64,000 nt of DNA from Nymphaea colorata. Its lineage: Eukaryota. Position numbers and translations under genes: made by a program. The stretch lies in assembly GCF_008831285.2 (NCBI RefSeq), contig NC_045138.2:34472001-34536000 (forward strand), given 5' to 3'. A model generated the notes under the pieces. It worked only from the letters and a program-made list of their open reading frames with translations, was not told where the DNA came from and did not search any database. Positions 24,468-35,981 of the stretch are shown piece by piece; the stretch's first letter is position 1; the number at the start of each line of letters is the position of its first letter.

Positions 24468-26620
24468 ATGGCCTTCGCAGCATTCCCCAGCTGCAGAAGC
24501 ACGTTCTCTCCTCTTCTCCACAGGCCCTCCTCCTCGTCTTCCCCCTCCACCTCCAGCTTCCTCGGTGATCGAATCCTTCAAAGCCACCTCCCTAGATTTC
24601 TCAAGGTCAGGTCCTCTCTCCCGAGGGCGTCGAGGACCTGTGTCTGCACCATCGCCCCTGACAGAGTGGAGGTCGGGATGGACGGAGTTGGGATTTCGCA
24701 GAGACCCGACACATTCGGTAGGTTCGGCAAGTTCGGTGGGAAATACGTCCCCGAGACGCTCATGTACGCCCTCACGGAGCTCGAATCCGCCTTCCGATCC
24801 CTAGCTTCCGATGATGATTTCCAGGTTCCAATCTTTCCTTTTTCTCTACCCAGGCATTTCGAACCCCTTCCTTTTCCTGGTTTGGGAATCTTGCTTCCTT
24901 TTCTTTTTTCCCTCCATCTCTTCCTCCGCATCCTTCCTGGCCGTTCGGCTTTTCTCTTCGAGTGGCCACTTGATTTTCTTCCACGTCTTATGCTCCTGTT
25001 CCACCCGAAACTGAATCTGATTTAAAAGATTTTGAAATTTTACGCCATTAAACCTCTGAATTTATCAAAGTTTCTGGCTCGGTAAACAAGCCCCGCTGCA
25101 GTTTGATGTTGCTAGCGGTGGAGGGTTTACTTTATTCCCAATCTTACAGCTCCTTTGGTTTGTGCGTTCCCCTTCTCATGAATCTTTTCTTTTCTCCATG
25201 GTTGCTATCTAAAATAGTTAAACATGTAATCAGACCTTTGAAAGATTAAAAAAAAAACTGCAATTACCTATCCCTTGTGAAATATGCCAATCGCACTTGG
25301 AAAACGATCGTACATTGGAGCTGAAATTTAGGCCAACTTGAGTGCAAAAGTGCAGTTTTTAAATTTTCCACAATTTGAACAAGACGCTGAAAACCATCAA
25401 AATTCAGTTCGTACGCCACGAATATCTGCAGCCACTTATACAACCCGGCTGTTTTGTTGCATCAAGACCCTACCATGTTTTTTTGTAGTTATTCTGTCAC
25501 TATTTGAACTGGTAATCGGTGCATGGCATGTGCACATCATCTCTCACAATCGCGTACCTTGCGCTTTCCGGGTAGTCTCTCAATAATATTATTAGGTGCA
25601 CGATAGTTCACGGACATGCTCACAGGTTTGGTGCTGTTCCTGTGGTGTTTTTCAATCGTTTATGCCGTATCTGATCTCCATGCTGGAATTCATTTGGGTG
25701 GCTAGAAAGAATTGGACGGGATCTTAAAAGACTACGTTGGTCGTGAGTCTCCACTTTATTTTGCGGAGCGGCTATCCAATCATTACAAACGCAGTGATGG
25801 CACGGGGCCACAAATATACTTGAAAAGGGAGGATCTGAACCATACTGGTGCCCACAAGATCAACAATGCGGTCGCTCAAGCGTTGCTTGCAAAGCGATTA
25901 GGTAAGAAACGTATTATTGCTGAAACTGGAGCGGGACAGCATGGAGTTGCCACTGCTACCGTGTGTGCAAGGTTCGGTCTGGATTGTGTTGTTTACATGG
26001 GTGCACAAGATATGGAGCGTCAGGCACTCAATGTGTTCAGAATGCGCCTTCTTGGGGCTGAGGTTAGTTTTCCATATTGCCTTGCATCGTTTGAAAATGT
26101 CTACATTGGTTTTTCATGGTATTATCGTTAGCGTGTTTGTTTAGTTAGAATTTCAAAGCCATCTAAAAGTGGTTAAGAATGAGAAAGGAAAAGGAATAAC
26201 TTGATTTGGTATCTCATTGTCTTCTGCACGAACATCATTTGCATGACTTGGTCAATGCTTCTGGCTTTCTTTTATGGATATGTATATTCTGAAAATATGA
26301 TCTGATTTATAAATGATGGATATCAGTAAGATACTGAAGCCTTGTGTGCTAATGTGGATACGCATGGATGACATTGCTTTGATTCTGAATTTACCTTAAT
26401 GAACCCATAAAATTTGTGACAAATGGCTTTGGCATGAAATGCGTGCTAGACACTGGATAGCATTGTTCAGTGTACGTTCACATATTTTTATAAATTGTTC
26501 TAGTTCAATTGGTTCCCAAAGGGCTAAGTATGGTGTTTGTTCAGAGGCATCCCTTGTATTTTTTCCATTGTTACATGAGATGATCAAGAGTAGCAAAAAG
26601 GAGAGAGAGAGGGAGAGAGA

Positions 26621-26666
<46 letters not shown>

Positions 26667-29600
26667 CTATTACCTGATTTGTGCTTTTGTCATTTCAGCT
26701 GCGACCCTGTTTCATGTACAAACTGTACACACTAAGTTTTTTGTCTTGTGTTCCTCTGTACGTGATTTTGTTGTATGTTTGTAGCAGTGTTATCCATATC
26801 GCACAATACGGGCCTGTATCATGCTATACATAACCTATACGATACGCCTGTATATGATAGGCATATCGCCCGTATCATGCGATATGGCTGATACGCTCCC
26901 GTATCTTACGATACAGAGACAAAATGAAAAAAAACCTTATTTTTGTGCTTCTTTTAAAGTAGCTCTTCCCTCCCACTTTCTAAACTTCTCTAAGAGGTGT
27001 GGGAGGGGGAGGCTTTACTAGTTTTCTAAAAAAACAATCATATGTTGGTGAAGACATTCCATTTGAAGGCATTGAAAATTAAAATTTAAAACAATTAACA
27101 AAGAAAATGAAGATGAATCCGAAGATGATGATTATCATTGATTGATGATAATCATGATATTTGGTACTTAGCAATAACAAATTAGATGGTGTGGACTAGT
27201 GATATAATCTAAAACGTTTCAAACATGTGATAGATGCTTACTATGTTATTCTGAATCTATGATTTCTCGTTTCTGAATGTGTTGTTGTCTTGTTGATATA
27301 TTGTAGCTTATGAATGATGAATCATGAACATTCTTTATGTGAGATGTGTTTTTTATATGGAATATATTTTTCCTGATTTTCCTGGGGTTTTCATTATTTT
27401 TTCTTTTTTTTTGAGTTAAAAAATAAATAATTTTACGATACGCTACGCTACATTTACAATACATTACGATACAACGCATAGGTAGGCCCAACCGATACAC
27501 GTTATGATACACTTTTTACTACATTGGTTTGTAGACTTTGTTACATCAGCATGTTTTCCACTGTGAGGGATTCATCCATATTGGTCCACCTGTTGGCATG
27601 TATACATGATCCCGTCTTGAGTTCCCTGCACATCTGGTGTTACATGAGTTGCAGTAATCCCCATGAAACAGATGCCCTAGTTTCTGCTTTGTTCTTATAT
27701 CAACTTTTCAGTGAAGAAAATGATTTTTTCAGGGTTGACTTCATAGTTGACAATACTCCTTAACATTTTGCTCTTTATAACTGTTGGTGGTGGCTAACTT
27801 AATCCTTATCTCAATTTCACATGATGAATTGCTGAAACTGTTGTATTTTGAAAATCCTTGTGCAGGTAAGGGCTGTTCATGCTGGAACAGCCACCTTGAA
27901 GGATGCCACCTCGGAGGCTATAAGGGACTGGGTCACCAATGTAGAGACTACCCATTATATTTTAGGATCTGTTGCAGGACCCCATCCATATCCCATGATG
28001 GTCCGTGAATTCCATGCAGTAATTGGAAAAGAAACAAGAAAGCAGGCTATGGAGAAATGGGGAGGGAAGCCTGATGTTCTGGTTGCTTGTGTTGGTGGCG
28101 GCTCAAATGCAATGGGTCTCTTTCATGAGTTTATAGAGGATCCTGATGTAAGGCTTATAGGTGTGGAGGCTGCAGGATTTGGATTAGATAGTGGTAAGCA
28201 TGCTGCAACCTTGTCAAAAGGAGAAGTTGGTGTTCTGCATGGTGCTATGTGCTATTTGTTACAGGATGAGGAGGGTCAAATTATTGAGCCACATTCTATC
28301 AGTGCTGGGTAAGTATTGGAAATTCCAATAATTGTTTATGAAACGACCATAGCTGCTTTTGTACAATTTGCTTTATTTGTATGAGTCAAAGTCCCACTGT
28401 CAATATATGCACTATGCAGATTGGATTACCCTGGGGTTGGACCGGAGCACAGCTACTTAAAGGACATTGGAAGAGCTGAGTATTATAGTGTTACTGATCA
28501 TGAAGCTCTAGATGGTAAGCATTTTCTGCAAAAGATCCAGCTATCTTTGTGTCATATGCTGTTATATAATGAATTTGCCATTACTTGAAGGGGTGAAAAA
28601 AGATGTTGCTGATTTTTTTTTTTTGGTTCAAGGAACCCTGTTTGGGCACTATTTTGGATAAGTGTAGTTCTTCAAATTATGCTTTAAGATACCCAATTAA
28701 TTGTACTGGTTGCTGGTTGGTTTGCTAATACTAAATGAAATTTTAGGCAATGTTGTAAAAAGCATATCAGAGCCCATATTGGTCGGGCCAATAGGTATGC
28801 TGTATCATAAAGTATCGCATCGTACCGTAAGTTTATTTTTTTAATTCAAAAAATAGATAAAATATATAAAAAATCAGGAAAACAAACATGTTCTCTATAA
28901 AAAACATGTTATATATAAATGTAGGCTTATGTAGCTATTACTGCAATTTCAGAGCAAACAACAAATGAAAATAGTCATTCATAATTTCATAGTTTTCATC
29001 GTCTTCATTTCTTCCTTGAATCAATGATTTCTTCCCAAATTGGCGATTTTTTATCGAAACTGGTAAAAACTCTCCCTCCTCCAACTCTTACAAGTGTTTA
29101 GAAATGAAGGTAGAAGGGCTTTAAAACTCAAATTGGAAAAAGGGGGCTCAGCCCCCATCATGTGTTGCCCCGTATCGTACGGCATAAGTTGTGTATTGTA
29201 TGGTACGTGTGATACAAGTGCAATGCACCACCCATTTGAGATACGAGTGGTGTGTCATATCACAAATTCAAAAAGGAACGATGTCGTACTGTACAGTTCT
29301 GTATTATCTGATACAGTTTGATACATACAACACTGATGTTAGGGTTAAGGCAATGAATTTATGGCAAAGAAACAAACTTTTTGTAGATTAATAACAATGG
29401 CATGTATTCTTTCTGTATGGCATGTGGTGTATTTTAGTTTGGGTTAAACTTAATTGAATGAAGACTTTTTATGGTACTCGGTGATGTCAACATTTCTGTC
29501 TGATAGGATATAAGGTAGCTCACATTTTAAGGCAACCTTCTGGCTTGTGGTAGAAAATGTATTTCTATTAAAAGAGCTGACAATTAGTGAGATTTTAATC

Positions 29601-30410
29601 CATTGTGTTTCACTCGATAACACAATTGTATTCTGCCAATTTTCAAGCACAGGTATAGTAATGAATTAAACTGACAGTACAGCATAACACATAGAGGAGC
29701 AATTAATCATCATTAAATTCAAGTGCTCTGAAGTCCTAGACCACTCAACATAGAGGCTAAAAGTATGTTCAAGTTTGCTAGAAGGTAAGAATGAATCCAA
29801 TGGCATAGATACCCAATTTGCATATTTGTGTACTGTAGAGGGTAGATATTATGATTATGCCTGGTTCTATATCGACACATTCTTTTGGTTTGATATTTTC
29901 TGTCCATGTTCGGCTGAACAGAATGTTTGTCCCCCATTCATATGATATTTGTTGGTTCCTCGGTGGATCTGCCAGTGCTGAAGTGATGTCGATGTTTTGG
30001 TGGTTTTGTAAATGATATGTCTTGTGCTGCATATTCTCTGGATTCGCGAGTTTCCAATAAAATTAACTTGTTGCTTTGTTGGAAATGGTCCAATGTCAAC
30101 TTCAAGGGCCAAGAAATCATATTTCTCCATAATTTACTTGCTAATCTTACTTTTGAGCTGCGAAGAGTTGTTTAACATGCTCTGATGATTATGGAAATTG
30201 CTTTCTTGAACTGACCAATTCTGCTCAAATTCAGCTTTCCAACGGCTGTCTCGGTTGGAGGGCATCATTCCAGCTCTGGAGACGTCCCATGCTCTCGCTT
30301 ACTTGGAGAAGCTTTGTCCTACACTCCCCGATGGAGCTAAAGTTGTGGTTAACTGCAGTGGGCGTGGTGACAAGGATGTCCAGACGGCAACCAAGCACCT
30401 CACTATCTGA
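24468..30410 (+). CDS. TSB: Tryptophan synthase beta chain (type 1), plastid-targeted, about 475 aa
   Basis: Exons 24468-24824, 25706-26062, 27866-28308, 28420-28514 and 30235-30410 (1428 nt). Ser-rich transit peptide, [18 protein letters not shown] lysine in [62 protein letters not shown]. Confidence 0.97.
26600..26663. repeat. (GA)n microsatellite
   Basis: Long imperfect GA run in TSB intron 2. Similar runs occur at 35935-35975, 46135-46155, 51977-52000 and 53626-53655. Confidence 0.9.
26785..27526 (+). mobile_element. Non-autonomous hAT-type DNA transposon, copy A, in TSB intron 2
   Basis: Termini CAGTGTT...TACATTG, perfect 8-bp TSD GTTTGTAG on both sides, and many CGATAC/GTATC subterminal repeats. 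Confidence 0.85.
28748..29335 (-). mobile_element. Non-autonomous hAT-type DNA transposon, copy B (same family, opposite orientation), in TSB intron 4
   Basis: Termini CAATGTTGTAAAAAG...ACAACACTG. TSD ATTTTAGG/ATGTTAGG (1 mismatch). The left end is the near reverse complement of copy A's right end, with the same GTATCG/GATAC repeats. Confidence 0.8.
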
Positions 30411-33054
30411 TACTGTGGCAAATTGCATTACATCCTGCATTGTTGGTAATCTTTTATTATCATATATATGCAGATTGGTGTTTGGAGTTGGTCTTTTGGT
30501 AGCAGAGTTGCGGTATGGGTGTTTAGCGCTGATATTATGTTAAGCGCATTCAATTTCCGGTGGTATTATTCTAGTGGAGTGGTAGATCCTCATTGAGTAA
30601 TCATTTCTTGGTGGAATTGCTGCCTCTATAACATTAAAATGTCGTTTGGAGTCTTCCTTGTATCTGAGGAGCCCCATCTTGTATTTTTCTTTTTAAACCA
30701 TTGAATCATGTGGCCTTATTCTTTTCGAGGTGTTTGATTTCTTCAGGTCGGATCTGGTCGCAAGTTTTTTCAGACGTTGAAGTGTATGCATTTCCGTCTC
30801 GCTTCTCTGGTCAGATCTTTTGGACAACGTAAAACAGTAAATTGGGAAGCTTCAAGTATGAATCTTAGGTCAGACATATTATTCATGGTTCTGTAGATCA
30901 TGGATTTTGATGTGAATCCTTACTAGTATGACATCAAATCCGTTTTATTTAAGATCTTTGACTTTCGAACGCATACTATTTTAATTCAAGCCTGCTGAGG
31001 GGGTTAGCTCGACTCTTGTTGAGTTAGAATTGCCAGAATGAAAAAAGAAGAGGACAAAGAAGGCGGACCCCGTAAAAGCAGGGTAATTGCACAGCAGAGC
31101 ACAATATTAGACCCACCACATTAAAAGAAAGAAAGGAATAAAGGTCAAATCCGCGGTCCGCTTCGTGTTCTTTGTCCCTACTGCCTCTTTAAGCAGCTAG
31201 CTGATGACGTCCTGCTAGTGCTACTGGAGACCCAAGAGGGCCAAGACTGAGTCTGCGCAAGATTTCTCGGACCCCATTGAAGTTACTTGGTACTTTAGCC
31301 CTACCTCTTGACACTTGTTGCCTTTCCAGCATCAGATTGTCAACAACCTCTCTTCGAGACAGTCCTGATCTGTTACTCTCATCTTCCCATCCTTCCTACT
31401 GTGAGTAACAGCTGCCTGGCTGCTAATGTCTTCGTCGTCTCCATGATGCTGGGGTCCGAATGAACCCATGGTCCCTGTAACTGCTGAATCATTATGACAT
31501 TTTAGCAAATGCTCAATGCGGGTGCTTCAGTCAGATTTCTTAAATAAACCTTTCATTTACCTTTCCTTCACCAGGTTTCTTTACATAACTTTGATTGCCA
31601 TCTGAATGGTACGTACATCTATTTCAACTAACACCCAGTCTGCCCTTGATTGAAATGTGATGAAAGTTAGATATATCAATTTTAACCGTATGACCAAGCA
31701 ATTGACAGACAGAGTAAGCATAATCACGTTCCTTTTCTTGAGTGATACATTTGAATAAACAAGAGGACTGTAGAGCGATGTGGATGGGAACCTCAAGTGC
31801 CTTTAATTTGTACGTTCCACATAATAAGCATGTTCACATTTTAGTTACCACCCGAAACCCAATTTGTACCTAAATGCCAGCCCCTATCTTCTCCTATTTG
31901 GGGCTTCTAAACCGCTCAACAAGCTTTCCAACTTGCAAGTGTCGAAAGTTACTTGACAGCTTCTCAGGAAATAGAAATTAGGCAGCACAGTCAAGACGTT
32001 AATTGTTATTTATGACTTCTTGTTTGTTCACAAATGCTTTCTTAGCTACCTTTGCCACGACAGAAATCGTTTTCACGAAGCGGAATACATGCTTTAGAGC
32101 CAAACCGGTTCTTAATGTTGCAAAGAACAAACCCGATTATCAAATAATAAAAAGGATGCAATTCATGGCAATAAAGCATGGTGCATTGGAAGCTTACGAA
32201 CCAGCACCACCGTTAGAATCTCAGTCGTTTGGCCCTTTTCTGGTCAAAATTGAAAAAATTATAAACTTTTCAATGTTGTTGTGATCGTTGAATCCCGGGG
32301 TCTAGTTCAGGTGTTGAGTCTTGGCGATTCCAAGTTTCATCCGTTCAACTTGACCACAATATATGGTGTTCCATTTTGACAAAAAATGGCGACCTGGAAC
32401 CGTGGAAATGAAGATGCACCTGCATATAAGCTTGTAGATAACGTGGCTTAGGACACTATAAACTTTGCGGGGATGCCGGCCTACAGCCCAAGTATAAGAT
32501 CATTATAGTAATAATACTTTATTAAATTCTTAGTTATGTGGAATGGAATTAAAAGAAGCTTCATGTTCTAGTGTCTCGCTTTTACTTATTTATTTTTTGC
32601 AAAAACAAAAGAATATCTCCAATCATTTTAATGAAGAAAAGGTTCGAATTTCGGAATACGACTCGTATCCTTGTGAGAAAGATGTCGAAGAATAAAAATT
32701 GCAGGAAATATCAATATGAGCCCGCTCTGAGCACAGATATGAAAAAACCGCCAAACTGTTTCATCCTGAAACTCGAAGCCTGTAACACTTTAATTATAAC
32801 AATAACAATAATTATAATGATATATTAGTAATGCGATGCCATGCCCGTGCCCGTGCCCGTGCCCCATCAAAAATCGCCGGCCTCGTTCTTTCCCCCATTG
32901 AAAGAAAAGCGACAGGCCTCAAAATCGCTGACCGCATAAAATGGAACCCTCTCTCTCTCTCTCTCTCTCTCGCGGAGCGAGCCGTGAGCGCTCCTGAATC
33001 CATACCGTGAAGAATGGATTTTTGGCTCTAGGTCCTCTGCCGCACCCCCATCTT

Positions 33055-35930
33055 ATGGAAGAAGGGAAGTACAAATCTAGGGCACCAAACTCCCTGAAGA
33101 ATGGAGGAGGATTCCTCTTGGAGATGCAACCGAACACTGCCAACAGCAGAAAGGCATCGGAATTCTCTCCTGCTGCTGCTGGTCCTCCTGTCCCACCGCC
33201 ATCCGCCCCCTCCTCCTCTCCTCTTCTCGAGCGCTTTAGGGCCTTCCTGAGGGAGAGGGAGGAGGAAATGGGCGTCTCCTCCGAGGGTCCCAGCCAGGAG
33301 GAGATCGTCGACCTCTACAGGCTGGCACTCTTGGAGCTCACCTTCAACTCCAAACCCATCATCACCGACCTCACCATCATTGCCGGGGAACAGTTGGCGT
33401 TCGGGAAGGGAATCGCGGCGGTTATCTGCTCCAGGATTGTCCAGGTACAGATGGTCATAAGTTGGCAACCTGAGGTTTCGATTCTAGGGCTTACTGTGTG
33501 TTTGCTTGTCACCATTTGGGGTCTCCTGAGGCGGTTAGCTTCTCTAGGATAGTTCAGTTTTGCATTGTTTCGTTGGGCAGTTGAATAGCGAATAAGAGGG
33601 ATGTTTTCTTTCTTTTCTACCCTTCACGTTCTTGCCGATTTGTTGTTGGGAATCTTTTTCCTTCTGAGATTCATTAATCCGTCTTTTGAGCGTGTTCCCA
33701 CTTGATAGTCATTAGCTGCACTTTGAACGTCATTAGATGTAGAAGCGTTCTTAGAGATGAAATATTCCTTTCTATCTTTTTCATTGCCAACCGTATGCAT
33801 CTCAGTTCAATTTTTTTTGGGTACTCTTTGTAAATTTTGCGCATGTTTTTCAACAAGCGGTTATAATGGAGGTGCTTAATGTGGATAGCTTAATTAGTTC
33901 AACTTTAGTAATCTTCGAAGAATCTGTTATGCCCTTGTCCTCATCGTTCGTGTCCTTCTTCTCCTTTCCTCTTGGCTAAGAATGACAAAATCTTAGTTCT
34001 ATGGTTACGTGGTGTCACAAAGTAATGGGTGGTTGATGTTCACTATATTCTATTACATATCGGAAGGATGCATATTTACATAGCTTGTTGGATATCGGAA
34101 GGATGATTATGTCTGTCATATTCTATTCATGTCGGAGTACTCATATGGGATGCTTTTTTCCCCCATCTGATTGTTCGGCTTGAGACTGTTTGGATTCACT
34201 TCGCTGGATCTTCATTACAGTTAAAACCCAGCAGGATCAATCATTTGAGAGTTTGAAGAAATGAAACACTGGGTCCATTGTCTTCAAGTAGTTTTACTCG
34301 TGCATGGTTGATAGGGTACATGTTACACCTCTATATTCCATGGTAAAGTTGGTGTTGGGGGTCTTGAATGCCTTTTCATTTGCACAAACAAGAGTGGGAT
34401 TATGATTCTCGATGGACATCTTCTCCAGTCCTAGAATGGTTACGCTGCTTTGCCTTGATGTACCTTTACTTAGGAAGTGCATAATTTTAATAATATGATC
34501 TGAAAACTATGTCTGCTAGATATGCTCTCCATGTTGCAATAGGAGGCCGTTCTTGATAAATAGTCTGGGAATTCTAGATAGAATAAATTGGCATAAGGAA
34601 AAGATTCTATGAAGCACCTTTGCAAGGGATTCTAGCGTTTGGCTTGTCTTGGGAAAATGCTGAATTTTCTTCCATAGATAGTAAAACATGGAATAAGAAT
34701 AGTGAAAAGCTGGGAAAAGCATGAAATAATTGAGTAAATAGGCTTTGGATCTTTGCAAGGTGTGAGAGAGAAAGGATGCGACAGATTGATGGTATTCCTG
34801 CACCAGAAATTAGCAAAAGGGGCTATGCAGGCAATTAGGGTTAGTATTTGCCAAGACACCCTTCAAGGGTGAGTATTCCTTCAAAAGCTTCTGACTGCAA
34901 GAGTGCATTGATGCCCCTTTCTGCATCAAGGATGCGGTAATATAAGGGATCCCATCCTGACAGGTTAGGTCTGAGACTCTGAATGTCATACCTCTTCCTT
35001 GTTAACCTATTCAGTTAAAGACCTCACTGAATGGTCTTTATATCTTCCTACATTACTCAAAGGTTACCACAGCACAATTTAGAAAGATATATCTTTTAAT
35101 CCCCCCTCGATATTCCTTTGACATGCCACCTTGTCCTCAAAGTGAGAAAGAAGGAAACTGTGGTAGCAACTCATCAGCTTCTCACTAAGTTATAACTGTG
35201 TCTTCTTTCAATAAGCACACACACACCCCCACCCACTACAGTTAACTATTTCTTTGTACTCTCCTTCAGTCCTTTGGTCTGGTGCTCTATAGCATGAGTA
35301 CTGGCCCATGCCTCTTGACTTGAAAGTGGTCTCCTCTTCCAAGCACTCATCTTCTGTGTATGATTCTAATCACAGCACAAGAATACAAGGGAAATCATTG
35401 GTGACAGGGGTATATCTAGCTTATAAGCTGTCTTTCCTATCTTTTTCAGCATAATTTGAGGGCCTAACAGTCAGGGTCCAACTCATATCCACTGACACCA
35501 AGAAAATGTGCATCAATCTGGTATCCACTTATACATGTACCTTCTTCTTGCTAATTCTTCCTTCCATTTTCATAGCAATCGTCACATGCACTGATTTTAA
35601 TACAAGTAAACATATTTCAAGCTCTCGTGTGTTCCTCCACCTTCCCCTTGTACGTGTGGTTTCTCGTCATGTGCATTTTCATGCACCAAATATGGATGCA
35701 ACTGTTTGCATTGGTGGCCTGACTATGTAGCATCGGTACTGGAGTTGCCTTGGTGTAAATGCATTAGTACTATATTTTTTTACTTTTATGGCTACACAAC
35801 TGCATACGACTTGGATTGGGTCTGGGCCAGTCTTGATCCAAAACATTCAAGTTTTTCATTGTTTTAAATTTTAAATAAAGGCATCGACCAATTGAAAACC
35901 CTTCTCCATTAGATGAGAGGTAGGGTTTTA

Positions 35931-35981
<51 letters not shown>

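Noticed and set aside
20331..30410. Metabolic gene cluster (TSB + EXPERA + glycosyltransferase)
   Set aside because: TSB is an ordinary single type-1 copy. There is no P450, TSA/indole lyase, methyltransferase or tandem duplication, and the neighbours look like unrelated housekeeping genes.
31201..31250. TGATGA...CTGA C/D snoRNA-like pair
   Set aside because: Only about 50 nt long, with no convincing terminal stem or recognisable rRNA antisense guide.
33007..33054. N-terminal extension of PCF11 given by the ORF track
   Set aside because: It starts at GTG; the first in-frame ATG is at 33055.
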